From positions 5,070 through 69,069 of the forward strand of contig CAYPST010000010.1 in the NCBI GenBank assembly GCA_964413425.1: a DNA stretch of 64,000 nucleotides, read 5' to 3'. This document shows, in pieces, positions 8,733 through 19,208 of this stretch. Under the pieces are notes generated by a model that made no database searches, was not told where the DNA came from, and saw only the letters and a list, made by a program, of their open reading frames with translations. The first letter of the stretch is position 1. Every line of letters starts with the position of its first letter. Made by a program: the position numbers and the translations under genes. This DNA is from an uncultured bacterium. GTDB lineage: Bacteria > Fidelibacterota > JAANXI01.

Positions 8733-11135
8733 ATGCTGCATCAGGAACAGTGGAAGTTATTCATAAGAATTATCGTCGTATCCGGATTGTTCTCAGTTCA
8801 TGGGATATTCGGACAGGCAAAGTTCATCAGGCAGACTCTCGATTCTGATCACGGGATCGTTGCGGTATGCGACCTGAATAATGACGGACAGAACGACGTG
8901 GTAAAGGCCGCTTCCGGAGGAGAATCGCTGGTGCTCTATCGATATGTGGAACCGGGGTCGCTTGTCAAGCATGTTCTTCTCAGAGATGTCCGGTTCCGCG
9001 GCGACCGGATTGCCAGCGGGGATATCGATAATGACGGTGATATAGATCTGGTCGCCGGATTGAATGTAGCCCCGCCGAATGAGGAGGAACAGTATGCGAT
9101 AGTGTGGCTCCAAAACCCACTGCCCGAAGGTGACCCGACCGCGGAAAGCAGCTGGACGATTCAGACCATCGGGTCGCAGAACGAGTATGTCAAAAACATA
9201 GCACTTGTTGATATGAATCGGGACGGGCATCTGGATGTGGTCACCCGTGCTCAGAGAGAGACAGCACTCTATCTCCAAACGAACACTTCCACCTGGCATA
9301 AGGATTTGGTGCTTGAACACGAGAGCCGTGCTGGCATGGGTGTGGGTGATCTGGATAATGACGGTGGTGTGGATATCGTTTTGAATGGATTCTGGTTCGA
9401 GAATCCGGACAATCCGACCTATCAGGACTTTCAGAGACACGTGTTCGACGAGAAATGGTTCACACCAGTCGATTATTCCTGGCGGGATAATAATGCCGAA
9501 GTGAAAGTCGTCGACCTGAACCAGGATAACCTCCTGGACATCCTGATTTCTCACTCTGAGCTTCCTGGTTATCCGATCTCCTACTACACTGCCAACCCGG
9601 TTGAAAATATCAGGAAGGATCACTGGACCGAGGTCAGGATCACATCACAATTCAATTTCTGCCAGACCCTGGATGCCGGTGATGTCGACAATGACGGAGA
9701 TATTGATGTGCTGGCAGCCAAATTTCAGCGCAATCCGGAGGAAGGCGAACAGTGGACCAATGCCCCGCCGTTTCCTGTGGTACTCTATGAGAATAAGGAC
9801 GGCATCGGACTGGAATGGCAGCCAACGATTATCGCCGAAGACGGTATGTATGCCGGTGTTCTTGGTGATGTGGGAAGCGATGGAGATCTGGATATTGTGG
9901 GATCCGGAAGTTACTGGAGAGGACCATTGCACTTCTGGGAAAATACGCTGGCGGATAATCCGTTATCGCTGGATGCCTGGACATATATTCTTGTTGACAG
10001 CAGCCGAGGCAAGTGGGGAGATTTCGATGAGCCGGAGTGGTTGAAGTACTTCGGGCTGGATATGGCCGACGTCACAGGAGACGGCTACCAGGATATTGTG
10101 TCGGGTCGCTATTTTTATCGCAATCCGGGTGGAGATATGAACCGGTTCTGGCCCCGGGTAGATCTGGGCCTGAATGTAGACGGGATGTTGTTCGTCGATG
10201 TGGACGGCGATGAATACGGAGATATTATCGGAACAGCTTTCCCCGAGGTTTTTTGGCTGGAGGCCAGCGATAGAGAGGGAAGTTCCTGGAATGCACATCA
10301 TATCGGCTACCTGAAGGAAACCGATCACATCAACGGGCAGGGATATGCTTCTGCGCAAATTGTCCGGGGCGGCAAGCAGGAACTTCTGCTAACTGCCGGA
10401 GATGGAATATATTATCTGGAAATTCCCAACCGTCCGGAGCGGGATCAATGGCCTGCCACCTTAATTGCTCCCTCCGCCTATGCGGAGGGAATCGCTGCCG
10501 GTGATATCGATCGCGACGGGGATATCGACGTAATCGGCGGGTATGTCAGCGGCGGAGAGAAGCTGGTACCCGGGACGGGCGACATCCGCTGGGATAATAC
10601 TACGGTGGCCTGGTGGGAAAATCCCGGCGATGGGAGCGCGAAATGGACCCGGCACGATATCGGCGAAGCAACCCAGGCCGACCGGTTCGAACTGGGCGAT
10701 ATCAATGGCGACGGCCGAACTGATGTGATTATCAGTGAGGAACGATATCCCGGCACCGAGCCGAATGCCAGCCTGCATTGGTTTGAGGCACCGGAGAATC
10801 CCAGAGATGGCAGGTGGGTGCGACACACGATATTTACCGGATATTCTCTGAATAATCTCGATGTTGCTGATCTGGATCGGGACGGCGATCCGGACATCAT
10901 CACCAATGAACACAAGGGCCCGGCAGAGAAAACGCTGATCTTTGAAAATAACGGCGGTGGGCATTTTATTCAGCATATCCTCGGACGCGGCAAAGAAGCC
11001 CACCTCGGTGCGCAGGCGGCCGATCTTGATGGCGACGGTGATCTTGATATCGTCAGTCATGCCTGGGACGAGCATCAGTACCTCCATCTCTGGAGGAATG
11101 ATGCCATTCCCGATATCAACTCCAACCAACCGTAG
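8733..11135 (+). CDS. FG-GAP/VCBS repeat protein, about 14 repeats (two beta-propellers)
   Basis: Signal peptide; 13-14 copies of the DxDxDGxxDhh calcium-binding FG-GAP motif. Confidence 0.8.
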   Translation: MLHQEQWKLFIRIIVVSGLFSVHGIFGQAKFIRQTLDSDHGIVAVCDLNNDGQNDVVKAASGGESLVLYRYVEPGSLVKHVLLRDVRFRGDRIASGDIDNDGDIDLVAGLNVAPPNEEEQYAIVWLQNPLPEGDPTAESSWTIQTIGSQNEYVKNIALVDMNRDGHLDVVTRAQRETALYLQTNTSTWHKDLVLEHESRAGMGVGDLDNDGGVDIVLNGFWFENPDNPTYQDFQRHVFDEKWFTPVDYSWRDNNAEVKVVDLNQDNLLDILISHSELPGYPISYYTANPVENIRKDHWTEVRITSQFNFCQTLDAGDVDNDGDIDVLAAKFQRNPEEGEQWTNAPPFPVVLYENKDGIGLEWQPTIIAEDGMYAGVLGDVGSDGDLDIVGSGSYWRGPLHFWENTLADNPLSLDAWTYILVDSSRGKWGDFDEPEWLKYFGLDMADVTGDGYQDIVSGRYFYRNPGGDMNRFWPRVDLGLNVDGMLFVDVDGDEYGDIIGTAFPEVFWLEASDREGSSWNAHHIGYLKETDHINGQGYASAQIVRGGKQELLLTAGDGIYYLEIPNRPERDQWPATLIAPSAYAEGIAAGDIDRDGDIDVIGGYVSGGEKLVPGTGDIRWDNTTVAWWENPGDGSAKWTRHDIGEATQADRFELGDINGDGRTDVIISEERYPGTEPNASLHWFEAPENPRDGRWVRHTIFTGYSLNNLDVADLDRDGDPDIITNEHKGPAEKTLIFENNGGGHFIQHILGRGKEAHLGAQAADLDGDGDLDIVSHAWDEHQYLHLWRNDAIPDINSNQP

Positions 11136-11293
11136 TTGACATACCACTGGCATGTTTCCGGGATAACCAATGTATTTCCAATGATCTTTGACCAAACGGG
11201 TATGTTGTTTCACCAGCGGTCGGGTTCATCAATAAACCCGCTGGTGCGTTGAGGACGATTTGCGAAGAACTGCTGAGATCCGGTGGAGTGCTG

Positions 11294-11545
11294 CTGAGTC
11301 TTTGTGAAAGGCCGCTGACTTTCTGGGAATGGCCGCTGAGTTCCGGGGGAAGGTTGCTGCGGATCGGTGAATGGTGGCTATGTTCCGGGGATCGACTGCT
11401 GACTTTCGGGCATCACCTGCTGTATTTCGGTGAACGGCGGCTGTATTTCGGTGAACGGCGGCTGTGGTTCGGGGGACGACGGCTGAGTTTTGGTGGACGG
11501 TGGCTGTGCTTCGGTGGACGGTGGCTGACTATGGAAGAAGGACTG
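11294..11545. repeat. 21-bp tandem repeat array, about 12 units (e.g. CTGTATTTCGGTGAACGGCGG x2, perfect)
   Basis: Two adjacent identical 21-mers at 11420-11461. The repeat is in frame as 7-aa units on both strands: + gives ..FGERRL.., - gives QPPFTEI/QPPSTEA. Confidence 0.7.
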
Positions 11546-11726
11546 CCGGGTATGGCTCGAAGGCGACTGATTTTCAATAGCCCTCAATGATATTTGTGGA
11601 ATCGGGCGGCTTTTCTCATGGAGACTGATGTTTTTGTCGGCAGACCTATTCCAGGTACTGGCGGAGCTGAGAATTTGTTCGTTTTCTCTGAATTCTGCAT
11701 CCGGGAAGGAAAGGGGAGAACTGAAG

Positions 11727-12380
11727 TTACTGTGCTCGGAACTCATATTGACGAATGACACGCAAAGCCATCTTCCCCTTGTTGGCGAGGGGCATATATT
11801 TCGAGCGAAAGGCGGCATCAATGGCCAGATGTTCCAGCTCCTGGTTACTGGTGGTATTCCGCAGCACCCAGACGCTGTCTACCAGCCCATCCTGGTTGAC
11901 CAGCAATCCGAGCTCCACCAGACCCGATACGCCTTTTTTGCGAAGCCGATCCGGGTACTCCGGAATTGCTTCCACCACCGGGCGGGGGTTCCCGGCCCCG
12001 GGAAGCGCATGCTGCCGTCCGGTGCCCCCCATTCCCATACCGGTATCGAACTCCTCCAGGGATACCCTGAATTCATCTATGGGAATCACTTCCGGCAAAT
12101 CTTCCATGGGCACAGGCACCGGAACCTTGGGACGGCTGGGAGTTCTGGGGGGACTTCCCTGGACGGTCGGAGCAATGTCCGGAACCACGGCGATGGTTGT
12201 GACTTCCGGAAGGTGTGATTGTGGGTGCCGGAAAGGGATGTGGAGGGCTGCAACCATCAGGATAATGGTTAAAAACAAGCTGCCAGCCAGTGCCATGCGC
12301 AAACGCAATTCATAAGCATTTTCCCGTTCGAACAGATGGTCATTCTGCCGTTGCCGCATGGTATGGCTTCTTTTTAACAT
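11727..12380 (-). CDS. TonB-family energy transducer (TM anchor, Pro-rich linker, TonB C-terminal domain)
   Basis: TM LAGSLFLTIILMVAAL; PKVPVPVP linker; C-terminal domain with EYPDRLRKKGVSGLVELGLLVNQDGLV. Confidence 0.7.
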   Translation of the reverse strand: MLKRSHTMRQRQNDHLFERENAYELRLRMALAGSLFLTIILMVAALHIPFRHPQSHLPEVTTIAVVPDIAPTVQGSPPRTPSRPKVPVPVPMEDLPEVIPIDEFRVSLEEFDTGMGMGGTGRQHALPGAGNPRPVVEAIPEYPDRLRKKGVSGLVELGLLVNQDGLVDSVWVLRNTTSNQELEHLAIDAAFRSKYMPLANKGKMALRVIRQYEFRAQ

Positions 12381-12530
12381 CTCGTCAGCAACTGAAATTA
12401 TTTCAGGATTTGCCGGGACATACAGTGGCTGCTCCCAAGGAATCCCCCCGGTGATATTCCGGTTTCTTGGATTGAGTTCTTATGATTCGTGTTAATCCGT
12501 GTGACTTCCAGGTTACTCTACCGGTTATTT

Positions 12531-14966
12531 TTATTCTTTTAGAATCCGGAACCGGAGGCCTTTCTGCACTTGCTGATCGGAATTCAGATCCCGGATGGTC
12601 ACCGCAAGCGTATACAGACCAGGGTCCCACTCGCTGATATCCACCACCGATCGCTGGCGTTCAATCTCCGCATTGCCCTGGTATTCCTGATGGAGACTCA
12701 CGCTGCGGTCTCCCGGCTGTAAGCCCAGCAGCCGGCGCATGCTCCTCCAGACCTTCTGCAGCCCGCCCTGGGGCGTTTTTGCCGTGCTGACTTCTGTCGT
12801 TACGGCGAACCTGGTGTTTCGCAGCTCCGGTGATGTGGACAGATTGTACACTTCGTAATACAGATGCAGCATCTGGCCGGGTTCGAAAGCGAAAGCCGGA
12901 TTAGGAGCAATGTGCAGACTATCTCTGGAACTCACGGGATATCGATTCGCCCGGATATCGGACGCCAAAAGTATATCGCTGATCATCAGACTGTCGCTCC
13001 GATACGAAGGGATAGTCAGCTCATCCCGGACGATACTGATATTCTGTGAATAGTGGTTCTTGAATTCCAATGAAAAGAGGTATTCTCCGGGATTCAGGGA
13101 GACGGAGGTTCGATCTGCAATTTGATCCGCCTCGCTGGAATCCGGCAGCATGGAACGGGTATAGTGCTGCTCCTCTGTTTGTTTATGGATATCGTTGAAT
13201 TCAGCATCGAACAAGAATAAGCCCCGGGTATACGAACCCTGATATCCTTCTGCAGACGAACGCAAGTCGGCAGGCATCACCGGAATGCCGTACATAATCT
13301 CAAGGTCGGTACCCTTGTTCTCCCCGCGGAACGTGGCCAGCTGACAGGGGATGTACCACAGCTCTCCTTCCGTCGGCAGCTGATACTCTTCCGGATTATT
13401 CCGGAATTCCTGCCGGGCAATTTCGTTGAAATCAATGCCGTAATAGGCACCGAGATCATAGCCGGTTCTCCCGTCACCCCAGGGATCGTCGAAGCAGAAG
13501 GTTTTATCTTTGTAATACCAGAATTCGTAGTAGTGGCCGGCTGCTTCCGGTCGTTTCCGTTTGATTTCCAATGGTTCTCCATAGCGGACATAGACCTTGC
13601 CCCGATCCGTCCGCAGTCCATCGATGTTTCTGGGCGGGAAACCGAACCGGAAATGCGCATAGGCACACCGTGCGTAATGTGCCAGCCGGCGTTCGTTCTC
13701 CGGGGATAAGAACAAGGGATCCCGGGCACGCCAGTATTTTCGGTGATCCACAGCAGCGGCCAGATCCTCCGCTTCCTCCGAATCCTGCATCTCGGGCCCC
13801 GCCACCGGTAATAAATACTGCGGAGATTCATAGATGAACTGTTCCTCAGGGTGCATGTGAGCGAGGGCTTCGGCAAACAGGTGTTCGGATTGCTCGTATT
13901 CCCGGAGGGCGTAGGACGCCAGACCGGCAAATAACAGGGTCTGTTTATTCTTCGGAGCGCGGTGTAACACTTTATCAAGACGTATTGCAAGTAAAGCCGT
14001 GCTGTCCTGTTCATAGGCCAGCAGTCCTAGTTCCAGGAGAGAGGGCCAATGGGTTGAATCCACCTGCAGGGCATCCCGAAAGGCCTGTTCGGCATTTGTA
14101 TACAGATCCTCGCCGAATCGATCAAACCTGATCATTCCGACCTGGGAAAATTGCTCTTCAAGTATCCGATCGTATGTAATGGTTTCCCCGGTCATGTGCA
14201 ATCCGACCGGGGAGGGGTTGTCGGCATCATACAAACCAAATTCGTATGCACCAGGATTCCGGGAGGCATTGCGGGCACCAAAATACCGCATCATGTTGTC
14301 GTCAAAAAGCAGGTACGGTGATTCTACGGAGATCATGGAACCATAGGCGTGCATCTGGTCGCGATAATGTAAACCCAGTCGATAGAATGCTTCGATGCTG
14401 GTGCTGTCGATTTGTAAAGCACGTTTGTACTGCTCCGCGGCGTTATGATGCGAGCACTGCTTTTCATAGATGGCTGCCAGCAGGAGATGATACTCGGGAT
14501 TTTTCCAGTCCACCCGGAGAGCCTCCTTTGCCGCGCGTTCGGCCAGCGTCCAGTCATACCAATGCTCGGATTGTAACAGGATCCGGGCCTTCAATATGTA
14601 AGCGTCGGCACAAGAATCATCCAGTTTCACAGTTTCATCGAGGGCTTTTAGTGCCTGGGAATACTGTTCGAGTTCATAATAATTCTGCGCCAGTGCATAG
14701 AACTTTTCCGCCTGTGCACGCCGCTCCTCCCTGCGCCTGCGAAACTCATGAAGAATCCGGGAAATGATACCATGTTTGGTCTTCGTTTGTCTGAGTGAAT
14801 CGATCGTGTTTTCAATCTGATTGCTATCCGAGAAGCTGAAATCATATCCTTCCATAGAAGGGAAAGGCAAGGCCAGGAGGAGCAGTATCAACACCAAAGA
14901 TTTCAGGAGATACGACCACTTCATCATTTTCCGTAACCGATTAAGGATAGTGTCCGGTTTATTCAA
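12531..14966 (-). CDS. secreted TPR-repeat protein with GWxTD-like domain
   Basis: Signal peptide, N-terminal TPR helices, and the motif GLRTDRGKVYVRYGEP, which resembles the GWxTD domain signature (G-W/L-x-T-D-R-G...YG.P). Confidence 0.65.
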   Translation of the reverse strand: MNKPDTILNRLRKMMKWSYLLKSLVLILLLLALPFPSMEGYDFSFSDSNQIENTIDSLRQTKTKHGIISRILHEFRRRREERRAQAEKFYALAQNYYELEQYSQALKALDETVKLDDSCADAYILKARILLQSEHWYDWTLAERAAKEALRVDWKNPEYHLLLAAIYEKQCSHHNAAEQYKRALQIDSTSIEAFYRLGLHYRDQMHAYGSMISVESPYLLFDDNMMRYFGARNASRNPGAYEFGLYDADNPSPVGLHMTGETITYDRILEEQFSQVGMIRFDRFGEDLYTNAEQAFRDALQVDSTHWPSLLELGLLAYEQDSTALLAIRLDKVLHRAPKNKQTLLFAGLASYALREYEQSEHLFAEALAHMHPEEQFIYESPQYLLPVAGPEMQDSEEAEDLAAAVDHRKYWRARDPLFLSPENERRLAHYARCAYAHFRFGFPPRNIDGLRTDRGKVYVRYGEPLEIKRKRPEAAGHYYEFWYYKDKTFCFDDPWGDGRTGYDLGAYYGIDFNEIARQEFRNNPEEYQLPTEGELWYIPCQLATFRGENKGTDLEIMYGIPVMPADLRSSAEGYQGSYTRGLFLFDAEFNDIHKQTEEQHYTRSMLPDSSEADQIADRTSVSLNPGEYLFSLEFKNHYSQNISIVRDELTIPSYRSDSLMISDILLASDIRANRYPVSSRDSLHIAPNPAFAFEPGQMLHLYYEVYNLSTSPELRNTRFAVTTEVSTAKTPQGGLQKVWRSMRRLLGLQPGDRSVSLHQEYQGNAEIERQRSVVDISEWDPGLYTLAVTIRDLNSDQQVQKGLRFRILKE

Positions 14967-15193
14967 AAGAGACTGTCAACAATATACATCATTTTCTGTA
15001 AAGCTCAAATAGGTTGCAAGTCCGGAAAAAAGTGTAGGTGTTTCGGTTTATTTGTTCTTATCTTGAAATACCATTTACTGATGCTGAGAGTTCATATCAG
15101 TGCACATGGCTGCGTTGACTGAGGACAATATCTGATAGTAATATACACTTTGCATAAAACCCAAATCCAATAACCTGAAAGGCAGGAAATATC

Positions 15194-16087
15194 GTGAAAC
15201 GTCGAGAATTTATATCCAGATCCTTAGCCGGAATTGGGGGGCTGGTTGTTGGGGGAAGACTGCTGGGAGTGCTGCCGGAAGCCGCCGGGTATGATCCTTA
15301 CGGTATGGTTTCGTTAGGGAATACCGGCATAACAGCCAGCCGGGTGGGGTTGGGTACCGGTATGCGCGGATACCAGCGCTCCTCGAACCAGACCCGGATG
15401 GGAGCGGAGAGATTCAATCGATTGATCCGGCAGTCCTATGAGCGGGGAATTCGCATGTTCGACATGGCGGATTTGTATGGCTCGCACCCGTATCTGAGGC
15501 CTGCCCTGGAGGGGGTTCCCAGGGAAGATTATGTGATCACTTCCAAGATCTGGTTCCGGAAAGGTGGATTGCCGGAAGAAGAGCGTCCTGATGCAGATGT
15601 AGTGGTGAAGCGGTTCCTGAAAGAGCTGCAGACTGATTATATTGATATCGTTCACCTCCACTGCGTGGTTTCCCCAACCTGGAATCAGGATCTCCGGAAA
15701 CAGATGGATATACTTGAAGAGCTGAAACAACAGGAGATCATAAGAGCCCATGGCGTGTCGGTTCACTCGCTGCCTGCTCTGGAAGTCGCTGCCGATGAAC
15801 CCTGGGTGGATATCGTTAATACCCGAATAAATGCGTTCGGTGTGAAAATGGATGATATCCCTGAGAAAGTCACACCGGTTCTGGAGAAAATGCATAAGAA
15901 CGGCAAAGGGATCGTCGGAATGAAACTAATTGGCGAAGGGGAGTTCCGAGATGATCCTGAGAAGCGGAGGCAATCTGTGGAGTATGTGCTGAACTCCGGG
16001 GTGGTGGACGTCATGGCCGTGGGCTTCGAGGCGATAGAGGAAGTGGATGATTTTGCACAAATCGTGGCGCAGGTTCGGAAATCATAG
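15194..16087 (+). CDS. aldo/keto reductase with Tat signal peptide
   Basis: RREFISRSLAGIGGLVV twin-arginine motif; AKR fold motifs (DMADLYG, ITSKIW). Confidence 0.85.
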   Translation: MKRREFISRSLAGIGGLVVGGRLLGVLPEAAGYDPYGMVSLGNTGITASRVGLGTGMRGYQRSSNQTRMGAERFNRLIRQSYERGIRMFDMADLYGSHPYLRPALEGVPREDYVITSKIWFRKGGLPEEERPDADVVVKRFLKELQTDYIDIVHLHCVVSPTWNQDLRKQMDILEELKQQEIIRAHGVSVHSLPALEVAADEPWVDIVNTRINAFGVKMDDIPEKVTPVLEKMHKNGKGIVGMKLIGEGEFRDDPEKRRQSVEYVLNSGVVDVMAVGFEAIEEVDDFAQIVAQVRKS

Positions 16088-16338
16088 CCGGGCCGCCGGC
16101 TGGTGACTGTCCCTGTGGGGTTTTTGTCGAATAAGCAACTTATTGATCATTCACATGCCATCCCTTCGGGGCTATTTGTGTTTCCCAAGGGGATCTCTCA
16201 GAGGCAATCACGGCGGGATTTGTTACTGCCTTTTGTTTCCTCAATCAGCAGAGCAAATCCTCCGGAATAATTGCGATAATGATAGACAACGAGCACGGAA
16301 ACTGGTTCCGGATATTCCCCTGTCTTTATTACAATACT

Positions 16339-16920
16339 ATGCAAGAGATCACTCAGGAAGGAACAGATTTATCCGTTTCACTGCTGGCGGCAAATCTCTA
16401 CAGTCTTGTGCTAATACTCCCGCTGGCCGCATTCATTATCGTGGCTGTTTATCTGATTCACGGTTTGCAGATATTGGTGGATGGATTCTTTTACTGGCAT
16501 GATCGTTTGTTACTTGGGATCTCAATTTTACTGGTAGGCATTATCGTACATGAGGGCTTGCATGGAATTGCCTGGCTGTTTGTCGCAAAGAACGGCCGGT
16601 ATGCGATAAAATTCGGCTTCCATCTGGCTGCATTCTCACCTTATGCGCATTGCACAGAACCTATGCCTGCACGCAGCTATCGTATCACAGTTATATTACC
16701 GGGCATGGTGTTGGGTGTAGTTCCTCTGGCTATTGGCATTCTCCTGGGAAACGGACCGGTAATAGTATTCGGATTCCTTTTCACTCTTTCCGCAGGCGGC
16801 GATGCGTTGATTCTCTGGCAAGTGCGTAAAATTCCACCAGGCACTCTGGTACGCGATCATCCTGATCGTGCCGGTTGTCTGGTTATCAGAGACACCCACG
16901 AGCAAGATACTTCTGAATAA
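16339..16920 (+). CDS. DUF3267-like membrane zincin (HExxH) protein
   Basis: HEGLHG motif between TM helices; start chosen at the internal ATG at 16339. Confidence 0.55.
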   Translation: MQEITQEGTDLSVSLLAANLYSLVLILPLAAFIIVAVYLIHGLQILVDGFFYWHDRLLLGISILLVGIIVHEGLHGIAWLFVAKNGRYAIKFGFHLAAFSPYAHCTEPMPARSYRITVILPGMVLGVVPLAIGILLGNGPVIVFGFLFTLSAGGDALILWQVRKIPPGTLVRDHPDRAGCLVIRDTHEQDTSE

Positions 16921-17061
16921 TATTTTCAACAGTGGAATACTTCTTCTCACTGCTCTAATTTATATATAAAGAGAAATTTGGTCATCTTAAGTCCTGTAAA
17001 CGCAGATTATCTCGAAAGCTGTTTACCGGAAATTCATCATCAACATTAACCGAATGAAGAG

Positions 17062-17640
17062 GTGAGGCAGATGTCTGATGAACATATATCATTTGATACG
17101 GAGCCCCAGATTAGCGGGGTAGTGCAGTCCCCGAAACAATGTATTCGTGAAATCCTGACCGACGACGGGACGTTTCCAAACAACGAAAAGTTGCCATTAC
17201 TGGTCTATAAAGGCGCCCTGAATCTGACCGAGAGCGACGCCGCATCAGATATTGAGCGTGTGTTTCATGCAAACAACTGGCGGGGCTCCTGGCGGAACGG
17301 CATTTATGGATTTCAGCATTACCACAGCACAGCCCATGAGGTGCTGGGTGTGTATAGTGGATCGGTACAGGTACAGCTGGGGGGTCCGGAAGGGATCACT
17401 TTAACAGCAGAGACGGGAGATGTGATTATTATCCCGGCCGGCGTGGCGCACAAAAATCTGGGCAGCAGGAATTTCCGATGTGTGGGTGCCTATCCCCGCG
17501 GCCAATCCTGGGATATGAATTATGGCAAGGCAAAAGAGCGTCCCCAGGCCGACAGGAACATTGCCAGGGTGCCGCTGCCGGAGCTCGACCCGGTGTATGG
17601 TGCTGACGGGCTGCTGATAGAGTATTGGCTGCAGGGGTGA
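17062..17640 (+). CDS. cupin-domain protein (YjlB-like)
   Basis: Cupin beta-barrel motifs (HYHSTAHEVLGVYSG ... GDVIIIPAGVAH). Confidence 0.65.
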   Translation: MRQMSDEHISFDTEPQISGVVQSPKQCIREILTDDGTFPNNEKLPLLVYKGALNLTESDAASDIERVFHANNWRGSWRNGIYGFQHYHSTAHEVLGVYSGSVQVQLGGPEGITLTAETGDVIIIPAGVAHKNLGSRNFRCVGAYPRGQSWDMNYGKAKERPQADRNIARVPLPELDPVYGADGLLIEYWLQG

Positions 17641-18024
17641 ATAACTAATGGGAGTTCGGGTTAATTACAAAGCGCCTCACCCCGACGAAAATCGATGTTG
17701 AAGCGCTCCTCCGGTCGAGCCCTTCGGACCTTCGGGATATCCTGGAATGAGAAATATGCCATCAACTATACACCAGTAGTAACGACTTTGAATCGACTGA
17801 ATCACCAGTCAGACAATAGTTTTAAATATGCATAAATTCATTATTGGATTCCCGATGTATAAAAAGTAGTTTCTACTGACTGTCCGCGGATTGTTTCAGA
17901 TATATTTGCCGGTTCTGATGAGTCAGGGATAAAACTATACTACCCGTGAGAATGGATTCCAGCCAGGTATCCTATGCGAGCTTTTTGAAAATGCACACCC
18001 CTGAAATAATAAAGGACTATCTCA

Positions 18025-18372
18025 ATGAGAAATGAGATTACGGAAATGATCGACGGATGGGAATATCCCAACCGGGAAATCGGGCATAAATTGCGATTGA
18101 TTATTCTGAAAATCGATGAAGAAATCACCGAAGCGGTAAAGTGGGGTGCTCCGGCGTTCACTTACAAGAAAAACCTGTGCAGTATTATGCCGCATACTGA
18201 TCATGTGAATCTCCGGTTTTTTAACGGCGGGGCGTTATCTGATCCTCACAATGTACTGGAGGGCACCGGAAAATCTATGCGGCACATGAAAGTACATGCG
18301 ATCGAAGATATCAAAGAAAATGTCATTGCTGAGCTGGTTCGGGAGGCTGTATCATTGCAGGACGACGATTAG
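18025..18372 (+). CDS. DUF1801-domain protein
   Basis: About 115-aa protein with a YdhG-like pattern. Confidence 0.55.
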   Translation: MRNEITEMIDGWEYPNREIGHKLRLIILKIDEEITEAVKWGAPAFTYKKNLCSIMPHTDHVNLRFFNGGALSDPHNVLEGTGKSMRHMKVHAIEDIKENVIAELVREAVSLQDDD

Positions 18373-18420
18373 ATTCATCACTAAAGCACGGGATTCCCAA
18401 ACATTTGAAGGGATAAGATC

Positions 18421-18759
18421 ATGAATTGGTTGAAGAGCATACTGCTGGATATCATCGTAACCGCTCTTATTCTACTGGCAGTAATATTCCGGATCCACTG
18501 GCTTAAAATTTTCATTATGGTGTATTCGGTCTTGATAGTAGTAATCCGGACTGCGGTATTGTTTAATGAAGACACCTTAAGAGCTATTTTCCGCAGGATT
18601 AAGGAGACGCCGTCGTGGCCTCTGCATGTCTTATACGGTATTAACGTCATAGTTCTTCTGGCGGGATCCTGGTATATCGTCAGCATTTTATGGATGTTTA
18701 TATGGATACTTTCGGTCCTCACGGAACGAAAAGCGAACAAGATTGGCGGTACTGCATAA
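18421..18759 (+). CDS. small hypothetical membrane protein (3 TM)
   Basis: Hydrophobic helices only. Confidence 0.4.
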   Translation: MNWLKSILLDIIVTALILLAVIFRIHWLKIFIMVYSVLIVVIRTAVLFNEDTLRAIFRRIKETPSWPLHVLYGINVIVLLAGSWYIVSILWMFIWILSVLTERKANKIGGTA

Positions 18760-19208
18760 TCTCCGGATAGTGTTTGCCGAGGATCCTCAACTCAGCACCG
18801 GGGTGATCAATGGGGGAATGAGCAAGCGGTTCCCATTCGATAGCGGAGTGTGGGATTACCTCACCGGTGCACCCGGTGCTCAGTTAATCTTGTGGCTGGA
18901 AGGGAGTCGTGGCCTGGTACTTCCGGCGGGTTCTCTGGCCGTCTCGACAGTATTCGGAAACGGAGGGATAATCCTCTTTGCCCGGGCACGATTCATTAGA
19001 ACGGCCAGCCCGAAAACCGCAGTGATTTCGGGAATGCTCACTTCACTCGGTTTCGGTTTTGATATCCGATGCACCGGAAAAGGAGATTACTTTTCTTACT
19101 GAGATTCAATACTTTTGAAGTGTCAAAAATACATTTATACCGGATGAGGTAGAGCAGTGAAAGTATCGTCGAACTGTCATCTATTCTGAAAAGAGGAACG
19201 AAAGCACG

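Noticed and set aside
8793-9623. 276-aa - strand ORF (also 10461..11213, 250 aa)
   Set aside because: Antisense to the FG-GAP gene with strong repeat-driven codon structure; no independent support.
11249-11590. 113-aa + ORF and 11378..11821 - ORF across the 21-bp array
   Set aside because: Both are open only because the repeat unit is a multiple of 3. No RBS; the - ORF overlaps the TonB 3' end. Kept as a repeat, not a CDS.
13277-14014. 245-aa ORF in alternative frame of the TPR/GWxTD gene
   Set aside because: Same strand, different frame, Arg/Pro/Ser-rich nonsense composition; the 811-aa frame has TPR and signal peptide.
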